From: Candidatus Moraniibacteriota bacterium
Lineage (GTDB): Bacteria; Patescibacteriota; Minisyncoccia; Moranbacterales; UBA2206
DNA: 64,000 nucleotides
Assembly: GCA_013334765.1 (NCBI GenBank)
Contig: JAAXWW010000002.1
Location: 21,453-85,452 of the forward strand
Direction: 5' to 3'
Below are positions 27,182 through 37,538 of the stretch, in pieces. A program made the position numbers and the translations under genes. The notes under the pieces are model-generated. The model worked only from the letters and a program-made list of their open reading frames with translations, did not search any database and had not been told where the DNA came from. Each line of letters opens with the position of its first letter. Position 1 is the first letter of the stretch.

Positions 27182-28822
27182 CTATTTCTTCTTCTTGGCC
27201 GCGGCCGCGATGAGCCCCAGGAACAACGGATGAGGATCAAGCGGTTTCGATTTCAGCTCCGGATGGAATTGGGAAGCCATGAAGAACGGATGGACGCTGG
27301 ACGGAAGTTCCGTTATCTCCATAAGCGTTCCGTCCGGCGATTTGGCAGAAAATACCAGTCCGCCCTTAGCAAGCTTGTCGACATATTCAGGATTGACTTC
27401 CCAGCGGTGCCTGTGGCGCTCTGAGATTTTGCTCTTTCCATATAGCTTGTATGCGGCTGTACCCTTTTCAACAACGGCTGGATACGCGCCGAGCCTCATG
27501 GTCGCGCCATAATTGTGATCTTCGAGATTCTTCTTCTGTTCAGGCATGATGTCGATCACCGGATATTTGGTGTTGCGATCGATTTCCGTAGTGTTGGCTC
27601 CAGTGAGCCCCAAGACGTTCCTGGCATATTCAATGACTGCCAACTGCATGCCATAGCAGAGTCCCAGGAAAGGGATCTTGTTCTCGCGGAGATATCTGAT
27701 GGCGCTGATCTTGCCTTCTATGCCGCGCGAACCGAATCCGCCAGGAACGACCACTCCGTCAAGGTCTTTGAGCTCTTCGAGCTTCTCCGGATTCTTTTCG
27801 AAACTCTCACTGTTGATCCAGACTATTTCCGGTTTCAGGCTGCTTTTGAACGCGGCATGCTTGACCGCTTCGATCACTGAGATATACGCATCGGAAAGGA
27901 CGAAATCGCCCGTTCCGAAATATTTGCCGACGATTCCTATTTTTACTTTGCCTTTCGGATTCTTCACCCTGTCAAACAGGTCGTACCACTCCTTGAGATC
28001 GGTTTTGCCATATGGCAGGCCGAGCTTCTTGAGAATGAGCCTGCTCAGGTCATCGCGCTCGAAGTTGATGAGCACTTCGTATATATTGTCGACATCCGGA
28101 GCGGAAATGACATACTGTTCCGGAACATTGCAGAACATCCCGATCTTCTCTTTCCTTTTCTTGTCCAGATAGGTCTCGCTCCTGGCGATGATGACGTCAG
28201 GCATGATTCCTGAGCTGTTAAGCGTCCTCACGGCATATTGCGTCGGTTTGGTTTTCATTTCGCCGACCTTGGACGGGATAGGCAGATAGCTCACCATGAC
28301 GAACATCACGTCATCCGGATTCTTTATCTTCATCATCCTGGCCGCTTCCAGGAAAAGGATATTCTGATATTCTCCGACCGTTCCTCCGATTTCGATTATG
28401 GTTATGTCCGATTTGGCTTTCTCGGAAGCCTTGGTTATCCTTTCGATGACTTCCATCGGGATATGCGGAACCACCTCCACGCATTTTCCGTTATATTCCA
28501 AGTTGCGTTCCTTATGGATCACGGTTTCGTATACCCTGCCGGTAGTCATATAGTTCATGCGGGTCAGAGTGATGTTCAGGAATCTTTCATAGTTTCCCAT
28601 GTCCTGATCGGTTTCGTCCCCGTCATCCAGCACGAAAACCTCACCGTGTTCGGTCGGGTTCATGGTTCCGGCATCCACGTTGATATATGGGTCGATTTTG
28701 ATGGCGGTGACATTGTATCCGCGCGCTTTCAGGATCGCTCCTATTGAGGAAGTAGTTATGCCCTTGCCCACTCCGCTCATCACTCCCCCAACCACAAAGA
28801 TGTACTTCCTGTCGACTTTCAT
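27182..28822 (-). CDS. pyrG: CTP synthase
   Basis: N-terminal GGVMSGVGKGITTSS, glutamine amidotransferase C-domain GLCYGMQ, 546 aa. Confidence 0.92.
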   Translation of the reverse strand: MKVDRKYIFVVGGVMSGVGKGITTSSIGAILKARGYNVTAIKIDPYINVDAGTMNPTEHGEVFVLDDGDETDQDMGNYERFLNITLTRMNYMTTGRVYETVIHKERNLEYNGKCVEVVPHIPMEVIERITKASEKAKSDITIIEIGGTVGEYQNILFLEAARMMKIKNPDDVMFVMVSYLPIPSKVGEMKTKPTQYAVRTLNSSGIMPDVIIARSETYLDKKRKEKIGMFCNVPEQYVISAPDVDNIYEVLINFERDDLSRLILKKLGLPYGKTDLKEWYDLFDRVKNPKGKVKIGIVGKYFGTGDFVLSDAYISVIEAVKHAAFKSSLKPEIVWINSESFEKNPEKLEELKDLDGVVVPGGFGSRGIEGKISAIRYLRENKIPFLGLCYGMQLAVIEYARNVLGLTGANTTEIDRNTKYPVIDIMPEQKKNLEDHNYGATMRLGAYPAVVEKGTAAYKLYGKSKISERHRHRWEVNPEYVDKLAKGGLVFSAKSPDGTLMEITELPSSVHPFFMASQFHPELKSKPLDPHPLFLGLIAAAAKKKK

Positions 28823-28922
28823 ATTTATGTTTATATAAAAAAATTAAAGAATGCCTGGATGGATTTTATAGACAAAAAGTCGCATTCCCCGCGACTTTCT
28901 GTTTGTGATTTCTAAGATCAGG

Positions 28923-29366
28923 TTATTTCTCTTCCGTGATTATGACCTTTATCTCGCTTTTGATTTTCGGTCCGAAAACGACTTCGACCGAATACTCCCC
29001 GGCTTTCCTGATGGGAGACTTGAGCATCAGGTCCTTTTCCTTTATTTCGAATCCTTTCTCCTTGAGCTTGGCTATGATATCCTTGGCGCCGACCGAACCG
29101 AACAGCTTCCCGTCTTTTCCTTTGGATCCGATTTCCACCTTCTCGCCTTTCAGCTTGTCAGCTTCTTTCCTAATGAGATCATCGTGGAGCTTCTGTTCCT
29201 CCGCTTCCCTTTTCTTTTTCGTTTCGGCCTGCACCACGGCTTCTTTCGTCGCGATGGCAGCCAGTTTCTTGGGTAGCAGGAAATTCCTAGCATATCCTTC
29301 GGAAACTTCTTTCACGTCTCCCTTGTTACCGAAACCCTTCACATTTTGGAGCAGTATTATCTTCAT
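28923..29366 (-). CDS. rplI: 50S ribosomal protein L9
   Basis: MKIILLQNVKGFGNKGDVKEVSEGYARNFLLP. Confidence 0.85.
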   Translation of the reverse strand: MKIILLQNVKGFGNKGDVKEVSEGYARNFLLPKKLAAIATKEAVVQAETKKKREAEEQKLHDDLIRKEADKLKGEKVEIGSKGKDGKLFGSVGAKDIIAKLKEKGFEIKEKDLMLKSPIRKAGEYSVEVVFGPKIKSEIKVIITEEK

Positions 29367-29419
29367 AACCTATATATTATACCAAAAGAATCAACGTGAC
29401 AAACCAGCGCCGGTTCAGC

Positions 29420-30682
29420 CTATATTTTCCCTTTGATTATCTCCAGCGCCTTGTCCAATTGCGGGTCGCGATTGTTCTCATAGTCATCCCGTGTCATGTC
29501 CACCTCGACATCCGGACTGATGCCTTTTTCCATGATATAGTCGCCGCTGGGCGTGAGCCATTTGGCAACCGTTATCTTGACGCTTGATCCCCCCGGAAGA
29601 TTGGAAAGCTCCTGAACGGAACCTTTTCCGAAAGACTTCTTTCCAACCAGGACGTCTCCCTGATTATCCTTGAGCGCGCCAGCCAATATTTCCGAAGCGC
29701 TGGCGCTTCCTTCGTTGATAAGGACCACAATCGGAAGATAGGAAAGCTTGTCCCCGCCCTTGGTGTTCAGATTGCTCCTGTTTCCGGAGCTGTCTTCTTC
29801 AGTAACGACAACTTTTCCTTCGGGTATCATGCGGCTGGCTACGGAAACGCATCTGTCCAGAAGCCCTCCCGGATCATTGCGCAGATCAAGGACTATGCCT
29901 TTGGCTCCCTGAGAGAGAAGCGAATTCATCGCCGCGTCGAATTCCTTGTCGGTGTTCTCTCCGAATTCGTTTATCTTGAGATAAGCGATACCGCCATCCT
30001 TCATTTCCAGCTTGACGCTTTTCACCTGGATGGTATCGCGAGTGATAGTTATGTCTTTGGTGTCTTTCTGCCCGTTCGGAATAATCGTTAGATGGACATC
30101 GGTTCCTTTCTTTCCTCGGATAAGGCTCACGGCTTCGTCCACTGTCATGTCGGAAACCGTTTTGCCCTCGATCTTCAATATCTTGTCACCGGTGCGGAGC
30201 CCGGCTTTTTCAGCAGGAGATCCGTCAAGCGGAGCGATGACTGTCAGCATGTTGTCTTTGACTCCGAGTTCCGCCCCGATCCCTTCGAAACTGCCGCCGA
30301 GATCCTCCGAGAAGGCCTTGTTTTCGGCCGGATCGAAAAAGGAAGTATACGGATCGCCGGTCGCCTTGAGCATTCCGCTGATCGCGCCGTATATCATCTT
30401 CTGGGAATCGAGCGAACTCTTGCTGATATGCTTTTCCCGCACCAGATCCCAGACTTTCCAAAAAAGCGAGAAATTGACGTTCTTGTCTTTGATCGGGCTC
30501 TTGTTTTCCAGTATCGCTTTGTCCAAAGGAACGCTTGACGCGTCCTGAGGACCGGCGGCTGTTTTCTGACCGCGCGAAAAGCCGAAAGAATAGCTTCCGC
30601 CGATCATGAAAGCGACCAGGAAAACCAGGATGGCCTTCCTGAATATCATTCTGTTTTTCTCATGCGCGATATTCTCTTCCAT
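29420..30682 (-). CDS. ctpA: S41 carboxyl-terminal processing protease
   Basis: N-terminal TM, PDZ domain. Catalytic region VLINEGSASASEILAGALKD...KSFGKGSVQ. Confidence 0.85.
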   Translation of the reverse strand: MEENIAHEKNRMIFRKAILVFLVAFMIGGSYSFGFSRGQKTAAGPQDASSVPLDKAILENKSPIKDKNVNFSLFWKVWDLVREKHISKSSLDSQKMIYGAISGMLKATGDPYTSFFDPAENKAFSEDLGGSFEGIGAELGVKDNMLTVIAPLDGSPAEKAGLRTGDKILKIEGKTVSDMTVDEAVSLIRGKKGTDVHLTIIPNGQKDTKDITITRDTIQVKSVKLEMKDGGIAYLKINEFGENTDKEFDAAMNSLLSQGAKGIVLDLRNDPGGLLDRCVSVASRMIPEGKVVVTEEDSSGNRSNLNTKGGDKLSYLPIVVLINEGSASASEILAGALKDNQGDVLVGKKSFGKGSVQELSNLPGGSSVKITVAKWLTPSGDYIMEKGISPDVEVDMTRDDYENNRDPQLDKALEIIKGKI

Positions 30683-30703
30683 ATGATTTCAGGTTTTTGA
30701 TTC

Positions 30704-31516
30704 TTAGTTATGTTCCGGAAGCGGCTTCCCCCAATATTTCCTGAAATACTTCACCGAACTGATGATATGGATCCAGGTCAGGCGGTTCGAGACAAGCAGC
30801 TTGAGGATGTTCTTGCCGGCCGATCCTCTCCCGTGATAGTGATACATTTCCGAATCAGGATTGAAAACAACCTTGTATCCTTTTTCCCAAAACCTCCTGC
30901 ACCAATCAGTGTCTTCGAAATACATGTTGAACTGCGGATCCAGAAGCCCGATTTCCTCGATCATGGATCGCCTGGTCATGAGCGCCGAGCCCATGAGCCA
31001 ATCGACTTCCTTGATCGTCTTGTGATCGAAACCCTTCATCAGGAAGCGGTCCAGATGGTTCTTAGCGAAACCGAACCTGCCCAAAAATGTCCGCCGATAG
31101 AGTATCGTAAGCGGCGTATAGAAACGGAAACAGGACAGCTGGAACGTTTCGTTGAAATTGAGAAGTTTCGGACCGACAATGCCGACGTCCGGATTCTTTT
31201 CTATATAGCCAAGCAGCGTCTCTATGGAATCCTTCTTGATGATGATATCGCCATTAAGGACAAGCACGTATTCCCCTGAGCTTTTCCCGTATCCATTCCT
31301 CACCGCGCCGCCGAATCCGACGTTCTCCTTAGAAGGAATGAAGGTCATCTCCGGGAATTCATCCTTCATCATGAGAGCCGTGTCTTCCTCAGTGGCGCTG
31401 TCAGCGACGATGGTTTCATAGTCCGTCATAGACAGATTCTTCCTGATAGAATCCAGGCACACCCAAAGAAGATCCGGATTCTTATAATTCGTGACTATGA
31501 TGGAAAGTTTAGGCAC
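30704..31516 (-). CDS. family 2 glycosyltransferase
   Basis: LSIIVTNYKN...ADSATED...LNGD GT-A motifs. Confidence 0.75.
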   Translation of the reverse strand: MPKLSIIVTNYKNPDLLWVCLDSIRKNLSMTDYETIVADSATEEDTALMMKDEFPEMTFIPSKENVGFGGAVRNGYGKSSGEYVLVLNGDIIIKKDSIETLLGYIEKNPDVGIVGPKLLNFNETFQLSCFRFYTPLTILYRRTFLGRFGFAKNHLDRFLMKGFDHKTIKEVDWLMGSALMTRRSMIEEIGLLDPQFNMYFEDTDWCRRFWEKGYKVVFNPDSEMYHYHGRGSAGKNILKLLVSNRLTWIHIISSVKYFRKYWGKPLPEHN

Positions 31517-31526
31517 AAGAATGATC

Positions 31527-32771
31527 TTACTGTTTGACGTCTTGCGGCGCTATGTCTGACTGCGCCGGAATATCGAATATTTTGGCAGCCACTTCATGGA
31601 TCTTGTCGTAGTTGTCCCCGCGCGGAAGCAGGATATATCCGGCGTCCCCTTCGGCCGGGTGATAAAGCAGGCCCTCGTCGGAATCTTCGAGCACGCGCTG
31701 ATAACTCTTGGGATTCTCCATTTTCCTGTATACATCGAAAAGCGCCTGCATTTCCCAGATCTGCATATCGGTTCTCACATTATCGCCGAGACTATTGAGC
31801 ATTCCGTTTATCTTGGAAAAATCAGTCAGAGTCCCCAGGCTCAGCATCTTGTCTTTCACGAGCTGCATGACCAGCTGCTGCCGCTTGGCTCTTTCGAAAT
31901 CGCTGGAAGTCTTCCTTGACCTCACGAAACAGAGCGCCTTTTCGCCGTTCAAAGTCTGCTTGCCGGCCGGCAAGCTGAAGTTCCCGCCGCACTCCGTGTC
32001 AGGATTGGTGCAAAGAGGATAGCGGGCCGTCACTTTCTTGATGCCTGTCTTTTTGTTGGTCTTGGTCTTGGTCTGATATTCTCCAGTCGGCACGGTGAAG
32101 ACATAATCATCGCAGACATGAGCCTCATTGAACTGCATGCTTTCATCGAAAGGCTTGTCCAAAGTCACATCCACTCCGCCGATAGCGTCGACTAGCTGAG
32201 TGAATCCGGTGAAGTTGATCGATGCAGCATAGTGGATCGGGAGTCCCGTGACTTCAGAAGCGATGGTCTTCATATCTTCCAGTCCCTTGCCTTTGCCTTT
32301 CTGTTCGCCATAGGCATGAACGGCGTTTATCTTCTGTTTGTCTCCGGTTCCTGGAACGGTCACATAGAGATCGCGCGGAATGGAAATCATCGCTATCTTG
32401 TTTTCAGCCGGCTTTATGCTGACAACCTGTATCGAATCAGCCAGCAATCCGCCGCCAGGAAGGTTCTCGCCGCGCATTCCGAGCACCAGGACATTTATCC
32501 TTCCGTCCTTCTCGCCTTTCAATTCATCACTGACCCCGGGAATGGAATGAACGATCGAATTCAATATCCCTCCTGTGGAAATCTTATTGAGGGTCCGTCC
32601 GGTCTTCCACGCGAACACGGCGCCTCCGATCAGGATGATTCCGAGGATGGCAGCCGTTATCTTGAACCACCTTTTCTTATAGAACTTCTTGGCGCTCTCT
32701 CTGGAAACGCCTCTTCCTCCGATATAAGCCATCTTTTTTAATAATCCCGAAATATTCGGGACTCTGGACAA
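31527..32771 (-). CDS. LytR-CpsA-Psr (LCP) family glycopolymer phosphotransferase
   Basis: N-terminal TM. INVLVLGMRG...DSIQVVSI...ISIPRDLYV LCP core. Confidence 0.8.
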   Translation of the reverse strand: MSRVPNISGLLKKMAYIGGRGVSRESAKKFYKKRWFKITAAILGIILIGGAVFAWKTGRTLNKISTGGILNSIVHSIPGVSDELKGEKDGRINVLVLGMRGENLPGGGLLADSIQVVSIKPAENKIAMISIPRDLYVTVPGTGDKQKINAVHAYGEQKGKGKGLEDMKTIASEVTGLPIHYAASINFTGFTQLVDAIGGVDVTLDKPFDESMQFNEAHVCDDYVFTVPTGEYQTKTKTNKKTGIKKVTARYPLCTNPDTECGGNFSLPAGKQTLNGEKALCFVRSRKTSSDFERAKRQQLVMQLVKDKMLSLGTLTDFSKINGMLNSLGDNVRTDMQIWEMQALFDVYRKMENPKSYQRVLEDSDEGLLYHPAEGDAGYILLPRGDNYDKIHEVAAKIFDIPAQSDIAPQDVKQ

Positions 32772-32903
32772 TATTTAATAAAAAATGCATAACATTTATA
32801 TTCTACTTTGATTCCGTTCTTTGTCAACAGCCGATTATTAATTCATAAACCATTGAAAACCGCCTATTTCAAGAGCTTTTTGAAACACAGGACTTACGCG
32901 TTC

Positions 32904-34088
32904 TCAGCCCATGCTTCTGAATATCTCAAGCACTTTCTCAGCCGAACTTTTCCAAGAAAAAAGACCAGCCCTCTCTTTTTCGTTCTTGACGACCGAGGCT
33001 CTCAATTTTTCATCGCTCATGATCCTCACCAGATCGCGGGACAGCTCGGCGGCATCCGCCGGATCGAAAAGGACCGCTGTTCCGCCCGATATCTCTTCAT
33101 GCGGAGGAATCCTGGAAGCGACGACCGGCACCCCGGCCACGAATCCTTCCAGAACCGGAATGCCGAATCCCTCATAGAGAGACGGCGAACAGACGCACGA
33201 GGCAAGCGACATAAGCGCCGCCTTGTCCTTTTCTCCGACAAATCCAGGCATAATAACCTCGGATTCCAAACAATTCTTTTCTATTGCACTGTCTATCCTC
33301 GCGTCGTAGTTATAGCCTTTGCCTCCTGCCAGGACGAGCTTCGCTCCATCCAGCCGGTCTTTCGCTTTGGCAAAAGCCTCGATGAGCAGCGGGATGTTCT
33401 TTCTCGGCTGCAATGTTCCGATATATAGGATGAACTTTTCCGGAAGATCGAATTTCCTGACTGCTTCTTCCTTATCATCCTCGCTCAGCGATTCCAATTC
33501 CTTGATAAAACCATCAGAAACGGCATTATGCATCCAAGCGACTTTTTTGGGTTCGGTCTTGAAATATTTCACTATTTCCCTCTTGGTGAACTCGGAAACG
33601 CCGATCACCTTATCAGCTCTCTTGATGCTAAGCGGTATGAGCATCCGCAGAAACAGGAGGTCGCGCTTCCTGATCAGCTCCGGGAAGACTATGAATGAAA
33701 CGTCGTGAATGATCGTCGCTATCTTTATTTTCCTTGGCACGAAAAACGGCGTTATGTATTGAGTGAGATAGATATCGACCGGATGCTTGCGAAGGCGGCG
33801 CTGGACCGTCCAAAAATTCCATACGAACTTGTTTCCTGAACCGAGCGGAATCATCTTGAAATTATTGCTCCCGTTTATTCCGAGATCCGTTCTCATCTTC
33901 TCAAGGGCCTCTTCGCTTCTTGAGTCGATGAAAAGATAATATTTGTTCTTGCTGTCCAGCTCGGCGAAGTTCCTGACCAGATTGGAAAACACCGCCTCAT
34001 CGCCGGTTCTTTTCTTTCCGATATTCCTGATGTCGATCGCTATTCTCATATTTTCCTTATTGTCATCTATTATACGTCCGGTTCTCAA
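32904..34088 (-). CDS. family 4 glycosyltransferase
   Basis: C-terminal EGFGIPVLEGFVAGVPVVAS GT-B motif. Confidence 0.8.
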   Translation of the reverse strand: MRTGRIIDDNKENMRIAIDIRNIGKKRTGDEAVFSNLVRNFAELDSKNKYYLFIDSRSEEALEKMRTDLGINGSNNFKMIPLGSGNKFVWNFWTVQRRLRKHPVDIYLTQYITPFFVPRKIKIATIIHDVSFIVFPELIRKRDLLFLRMLIPLSIKRADKVIGVSEFTKREIVKYFKTEPKKVAWMHNAVSDGFIKELESLSEDDKEEAVRKFDLPEKFILYIGTLQPRKNIPLLIEAFAKAKDRLDGAKLVLAGGKGYNYDARIDSAIEKNCLESEVIMPGFVGEKDKAALMSLASCVCSPSLYEGFGIPVLEGFVAGVPVVASRIPPHEEISGGTAVLFDPADAAELSRDLVRIMSDEKLRASVVKNEKERAGLFSWKSSAEKVLEIFRSMG

Positions 34089-35676
34089 TCAGCGATACGC
34101 TGATTCCCAGCCACACCCACACATATGCCATCAATATTCCAGCGTTGAACAGATTGGGAATGACGATTGCGAACCAGGATGCGGTCAGGAATATCCCGAT
34201 CGCCTGATCGGCATTGCCCTTCTCTTGAAAAAAACATCTCAATCCTCCGAAAAGAATATACCCAAAAACAGCCACGAAAGAAAGAATCCCGATGATTCCG
34301 CTTCCGAGCCAGATCTCGAGGAAGATATTGCTGGAATTAAGGGTCGCGCCGTTCTCATCTTTCCCGAGAACTTGCCCGATACTCCCCCATCCGATTCCGA
34401 AAACCGGACTCTTCTTGATTTCCTGCCAGGATTTCTTGTATATCTCGGCACGGATATTGGACGTGGGATCTTTCCTGGAAATTTCTCCAACGGAAAATCC
34501 CCTTGATTTTTCGCTTTCGATATCTTCAAGATCGATATGCTCGCATCCGGTATTTTCCAGTTGCGAAATATTCTCGATCGGATTTTTGAGGGAATCGAAT
34601 TCTGATTGCGTCTCGCAGGCAACCGTTATTTTCTGCAGTCCCGAGCTGGTGCTTGTCGCCCTGTTGAACAGCTGGAAAGAAGTGAGATGGAAAATGAAAA
34701 CGAAAGCCAAGGCTATGACGGCCATCGAAACGATGCCTATTTTCATTTTCGCGAACTCCCAAAAATTCCACTCTTTGCGCATAACTCGGATGAATGATAC
34801 GCACAAAAAAACGACAGTCACCGCCGCTGCGCCAAGCCAAGCGGAACGCGACACGGCAATGAAGAGAAGGATGAAAATAGGGATGAGAAAAACATATAGC
34901 AAAATTTTTCCGATTCTTGAAAGCGGATCATCCAAAGATTCTTCCGCACTTCTTCTCTCATAGAAATACATAAGTGCATAAACGGCAGCGAGCGCGAAAA
35001 CCAAAAACATCCCGAGCCAATCCGGCTCAGGAAAAGTCGCGTTCGGGCGCCCCGGCATAACCTCGAAAGAGGATTGACCGAGAATGTTCCTGATGTTCTG
35101 CCAAATGCCATATGCGGAAACTATCAGCACGGAACTCAGGAAAAACGGGGCTATTCTTCCGAGATCAGTTCTATCCTGAACATAATTCCTGACAAGGAAA
35201 TACAAGGCGGCGAAACTGGCAAGGATTATGGACAACTTGAAACTCGCGCCTTTCGATGAAGAGAAGGCCGCGCTCAGGAATCCGGAAACCGCTATTGCTA
35301 TGACCAGATAGTCCCAAAGAGTGATTTTCGCTAATTTGAATCCGAGTTTTTTCGAAGCGAGCCTTGCGATGACTGCAAGGATGACGAGCGCGCCCAAAAG
35401 CTGATACGGACGGACCATAATGCCGATATTTTCCGGAGCAAGATTCACATTTTCAATTGTTATCACTGAAATGAAAAACAGGAATGCCCAACTCGGACGA
35501 TACATCGCCAATCCCAGAGCAACCAAGGCAAAAAAGAAAAAATCGCTCGCTCCAAGCGGCAATACTCCGGTATTTTGAAGGACAATAAGAAAAAACACCC
35601 CCGATGAAGCCCAAAAAACCAGCCCGACCCGGGTCTTGTTGAGGCTATTGACAAAATATTTTATTTGTGCTAGCAT
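34063..35676 (-). CDS. O-antigen ligase/Wzy-like polytopic membrane protein
   Basis: At least 10 TM helices with a large loop. Size and topology match Wzy_C-type polymerases or ligases in glycan loci. Assigned by context and topology only. Confidence 0.45.
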   Translation of the reverse strand: MLAQIKYFVNSLNKTRVGLVFWASSGVFFLIVLQNTGVLPLGASDFFFFALVALGLAMYRPSWAFLFFISVITIENVNLAPENIGIMVRPYQLLGALVILAVIARLASKKLGFKLAKITLWDYLVIAIAVSGFLSAAFSSSKGASFKLSIILASFAALYFLVRNYVQDRTDLGRIAPFFLSSVLIVSAYGIWQNIRNILGQSSFEVMPGRPNATFPEPDWLGMFLVFALAAVYALMYFYERRSAEESLDDPLSRIGKILLYVFLIPIFILLFIAVSRSAWLGAAAVTVVFLCVSFIRVMRKEWNFWEFAKMKIGIVSMAVIALAFVFIFHLTSFQLFNRATSTSSGLQKITVACETQSEFDSLKNPIENISQLENTGCEHIDLEDIESEKSRGFSVGEISRKDPTSNIRAEIYKKSWQEIKKSPVFGIGWGSIGQVLGKDENGATLNSSNIFLEIWLGSGIIGILSFVAVFGYILFGGLRCFFQEKGNADQAIGIFLTASWFAIVIPNLFNAGILMAYVWVWLGISVSLIENRTYNR

Positions 35677-35733
35677 TCGAAGTTCCTTTACAATAGAATT
35701 ATACCTTTTTTCTCAACTACAACCAAGCGGGAG

Positions 35734-36195
35734 TTGACCATGAACACGCAGCAAGCAGAAAATAAGACGAGCAGCAACTTTGCATTTGTCCTTCTATGGT
35801 CATTTCTTTTCGTCGCCACTTTGTTCATCGGATTCAGCGCGGGAACGTTATACGAGGGAAGGTTTGGCGAAAGCGCCGAAACCATCACGTCCCTGAAGGA
35901 ATTGGTCAAGGTCAAGACTGAAAACATCAACAGTAAAAGCGAGATCATCTATGCTCAGGATGATTTAATCAGGAATCATAATAAGTTCATTGGCGACACA
36001 GATGAGCTTATTCTCCATCAGCAAGACTCTATCAATAAATTGGAAAAGATGAACAAGATTGTCAAAGCGTTTATCGGTGCATTGAGCCATCCTGCTGGTC
36101 CACAAGAAAGGGGGAAATTTTTAAAGCGAGCCTCCAGGCTGACGGATGAATTGAACCGCAAACACATACAAGGAGACGCACCAAGCAATAAATAG
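35734..36195 (+). CDS. hypothetical membrane-anchored protein
   Basis: 153 aa with N-terminal TM. Followed by a bidirectional terminator. Confidence 0.35.
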   Translation: MTMNTQQAENKTSSNFAFVLLWSFLFVATLFIGFSAGTLYEGRFGESAETITSLKELVKVKTENINSKSEIIYAQDDLIRNHNKFIGDTDELILHQQDSINKLEKMNKIVKAFIGALSHPAGPQERGKFLKRASRLTDELNRKHIQGDAPSNK

Positions 36196-36232
36196 TTTGG
36201 GGCTGTAATAACGGCTCCTTGCGCTCTCAAAA

Positions 36233-36264
36233 GGCTTCGACGAAACTTCGTCGGGGCCTTTTTT
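36233..36264. terminator. bidirectional rho-independent terminator
   Basis: 12-bp stem ggcttcgacgaa / ttcgtcggggcc (two G-U pairs) plus TTTTTT. A-rich 5-prime flank. Confidence 0.55.
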
Positions 36265-37431
36265 CTATTCCACGCTTTCAATAATATTCAAAACTTTCTT
36301 CGTGAAAACCTTCCAGGAAAATTTCTTTGCCCGTTCTTTAGCTCGCTCAGACAGCGACCGGCGAAGCTCATGATTCATGATCAGGTTCTTCATGACCATC
36401 GCCACATCTGCGACATCGTTCGGTTTGCAATAAAGGACGCCGTCTCCCCCAACCTCCGGCAGGGACGATGTCTTGGAAGCGATGACCGGCTTTTCTTGAT
36501 TCATCGCTTCAAGCACCGGCATGCCGAATCCTTCATATAAGGAAGGATAGATGAAGAAGAGCGACTCAGCATAAAGAGCCGGCAGACTGTCTTGAGGGAC
36601 GCTCCCGAGCAGTTCCACGTGTTTTTTGAGGTTGAGTTCAGCCACGAGATTTTCAGCGTCCGTCACAAGCGGAGCGAGTTCCGGCATCAGATGTCCGAAA
36701 ATGGCCAAGCGCGGAAAATCATGAATGAAATGCTCGCGAGAATTCCTATCGAGAAGCATCTTGTATGCCCAAATCACGCTTCCTATGTTCTTGCGCAATT
36801 CCATTCCCCCGCCAGCGAAAATATACCCCGGTTTCAGTTTGTATTTTCCCAACACCTTTTTGCGCGCCTCGGCGGACGGCTTTTTCTTGTATATCCTATC
36901 GACATCGATATAGTCGACGGCGATCTTGTCGCCCGGAATTCCGAGATGATTGATGATGTCTTTTTCGGTGTGCTTCGAAACAGCGATCAGCCTATCCGCT
37001 TTCTTGATGGCCGCTTCGATCATGTTCTGATAAATCTTCTTTCTCAGATTATTGAGATATTCCGGGAACAGTTTCGGAATGATGTCATGCACCAGCACGA
37101 TGTGCTTGATGCTTTTCGGCATGACAGTCGGGCATTGATAGAGGCTCAGGAAAACTTCGCAGCCGTCTTTCTTGGCGCGTTTCGGAAGAGCATATTTTTC
37201 CCACCAGATCTTGCGGATGAGATCGTCGCGACGATAGAGCGACGGCAAGAAGGCTTCGCATTTGAAGCCGGACGGAAGCTCGAGGCCTTTCGGCAGCTCT
37301 TCTTCCAGATACAATATGAATTCGTCTTTCTTGTTCGCAACGCCAGAAAGCTCTCGCAGGAAGTTAAGAGTGACTTGTCCGATACCGGTATTCGGTTTTC
37401 TGAGAAACGAAGCGTTTATTCCTATTTTCAT
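36265..37431 (-). CDS. family 4 glycosyltransferase
   Basis: EGFGMPVLEAMNQEKPVIAS... Confidence 0.8.
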   Translation of the reverse strand: MKIGINASFLRKPNTGIGQVTLNFLRELSGVANKKDEFILYLEEELPKGLELPSGFKCEAFLPSLYRRDDLIRKIWWEKYALPKRAKKDGCEVFLSLYQCPTVMPKSIKHIVLVHDIIPKLFPEYLNNLRKKIYQNMIEAAIKKADRLIAVSKHTEKDIINHLGIPGDKIAVDYIDVDRIYKKKPSAEARKKVLGKYKLKPGYIFAGGGMELRKNIGSVIWAYKMLLDRNSREHFIHDFPRLAIFGHLMPELAPLVTDAENLVAELNLKKHVELLGSVPQDSLPALYAESLFFIYPSLYEGFGMPVLEAMNQEKPVIASKTSSLPEVGGDGVLYCKPNDVADVAMVMKNLIMNHELRRSLSERAKERAKKFSWKVFTKKVLNIIESVE

Positions 37432-37538
37432 GATGGAATTATATCATTTCGTTTCCCTTTTTGCTATGCCTTGTCAAGACATGAAAACTTGCCTAGAATA
37501 CAATCCAGTAGGAATATTAAACTCTTAAATCAAACTAG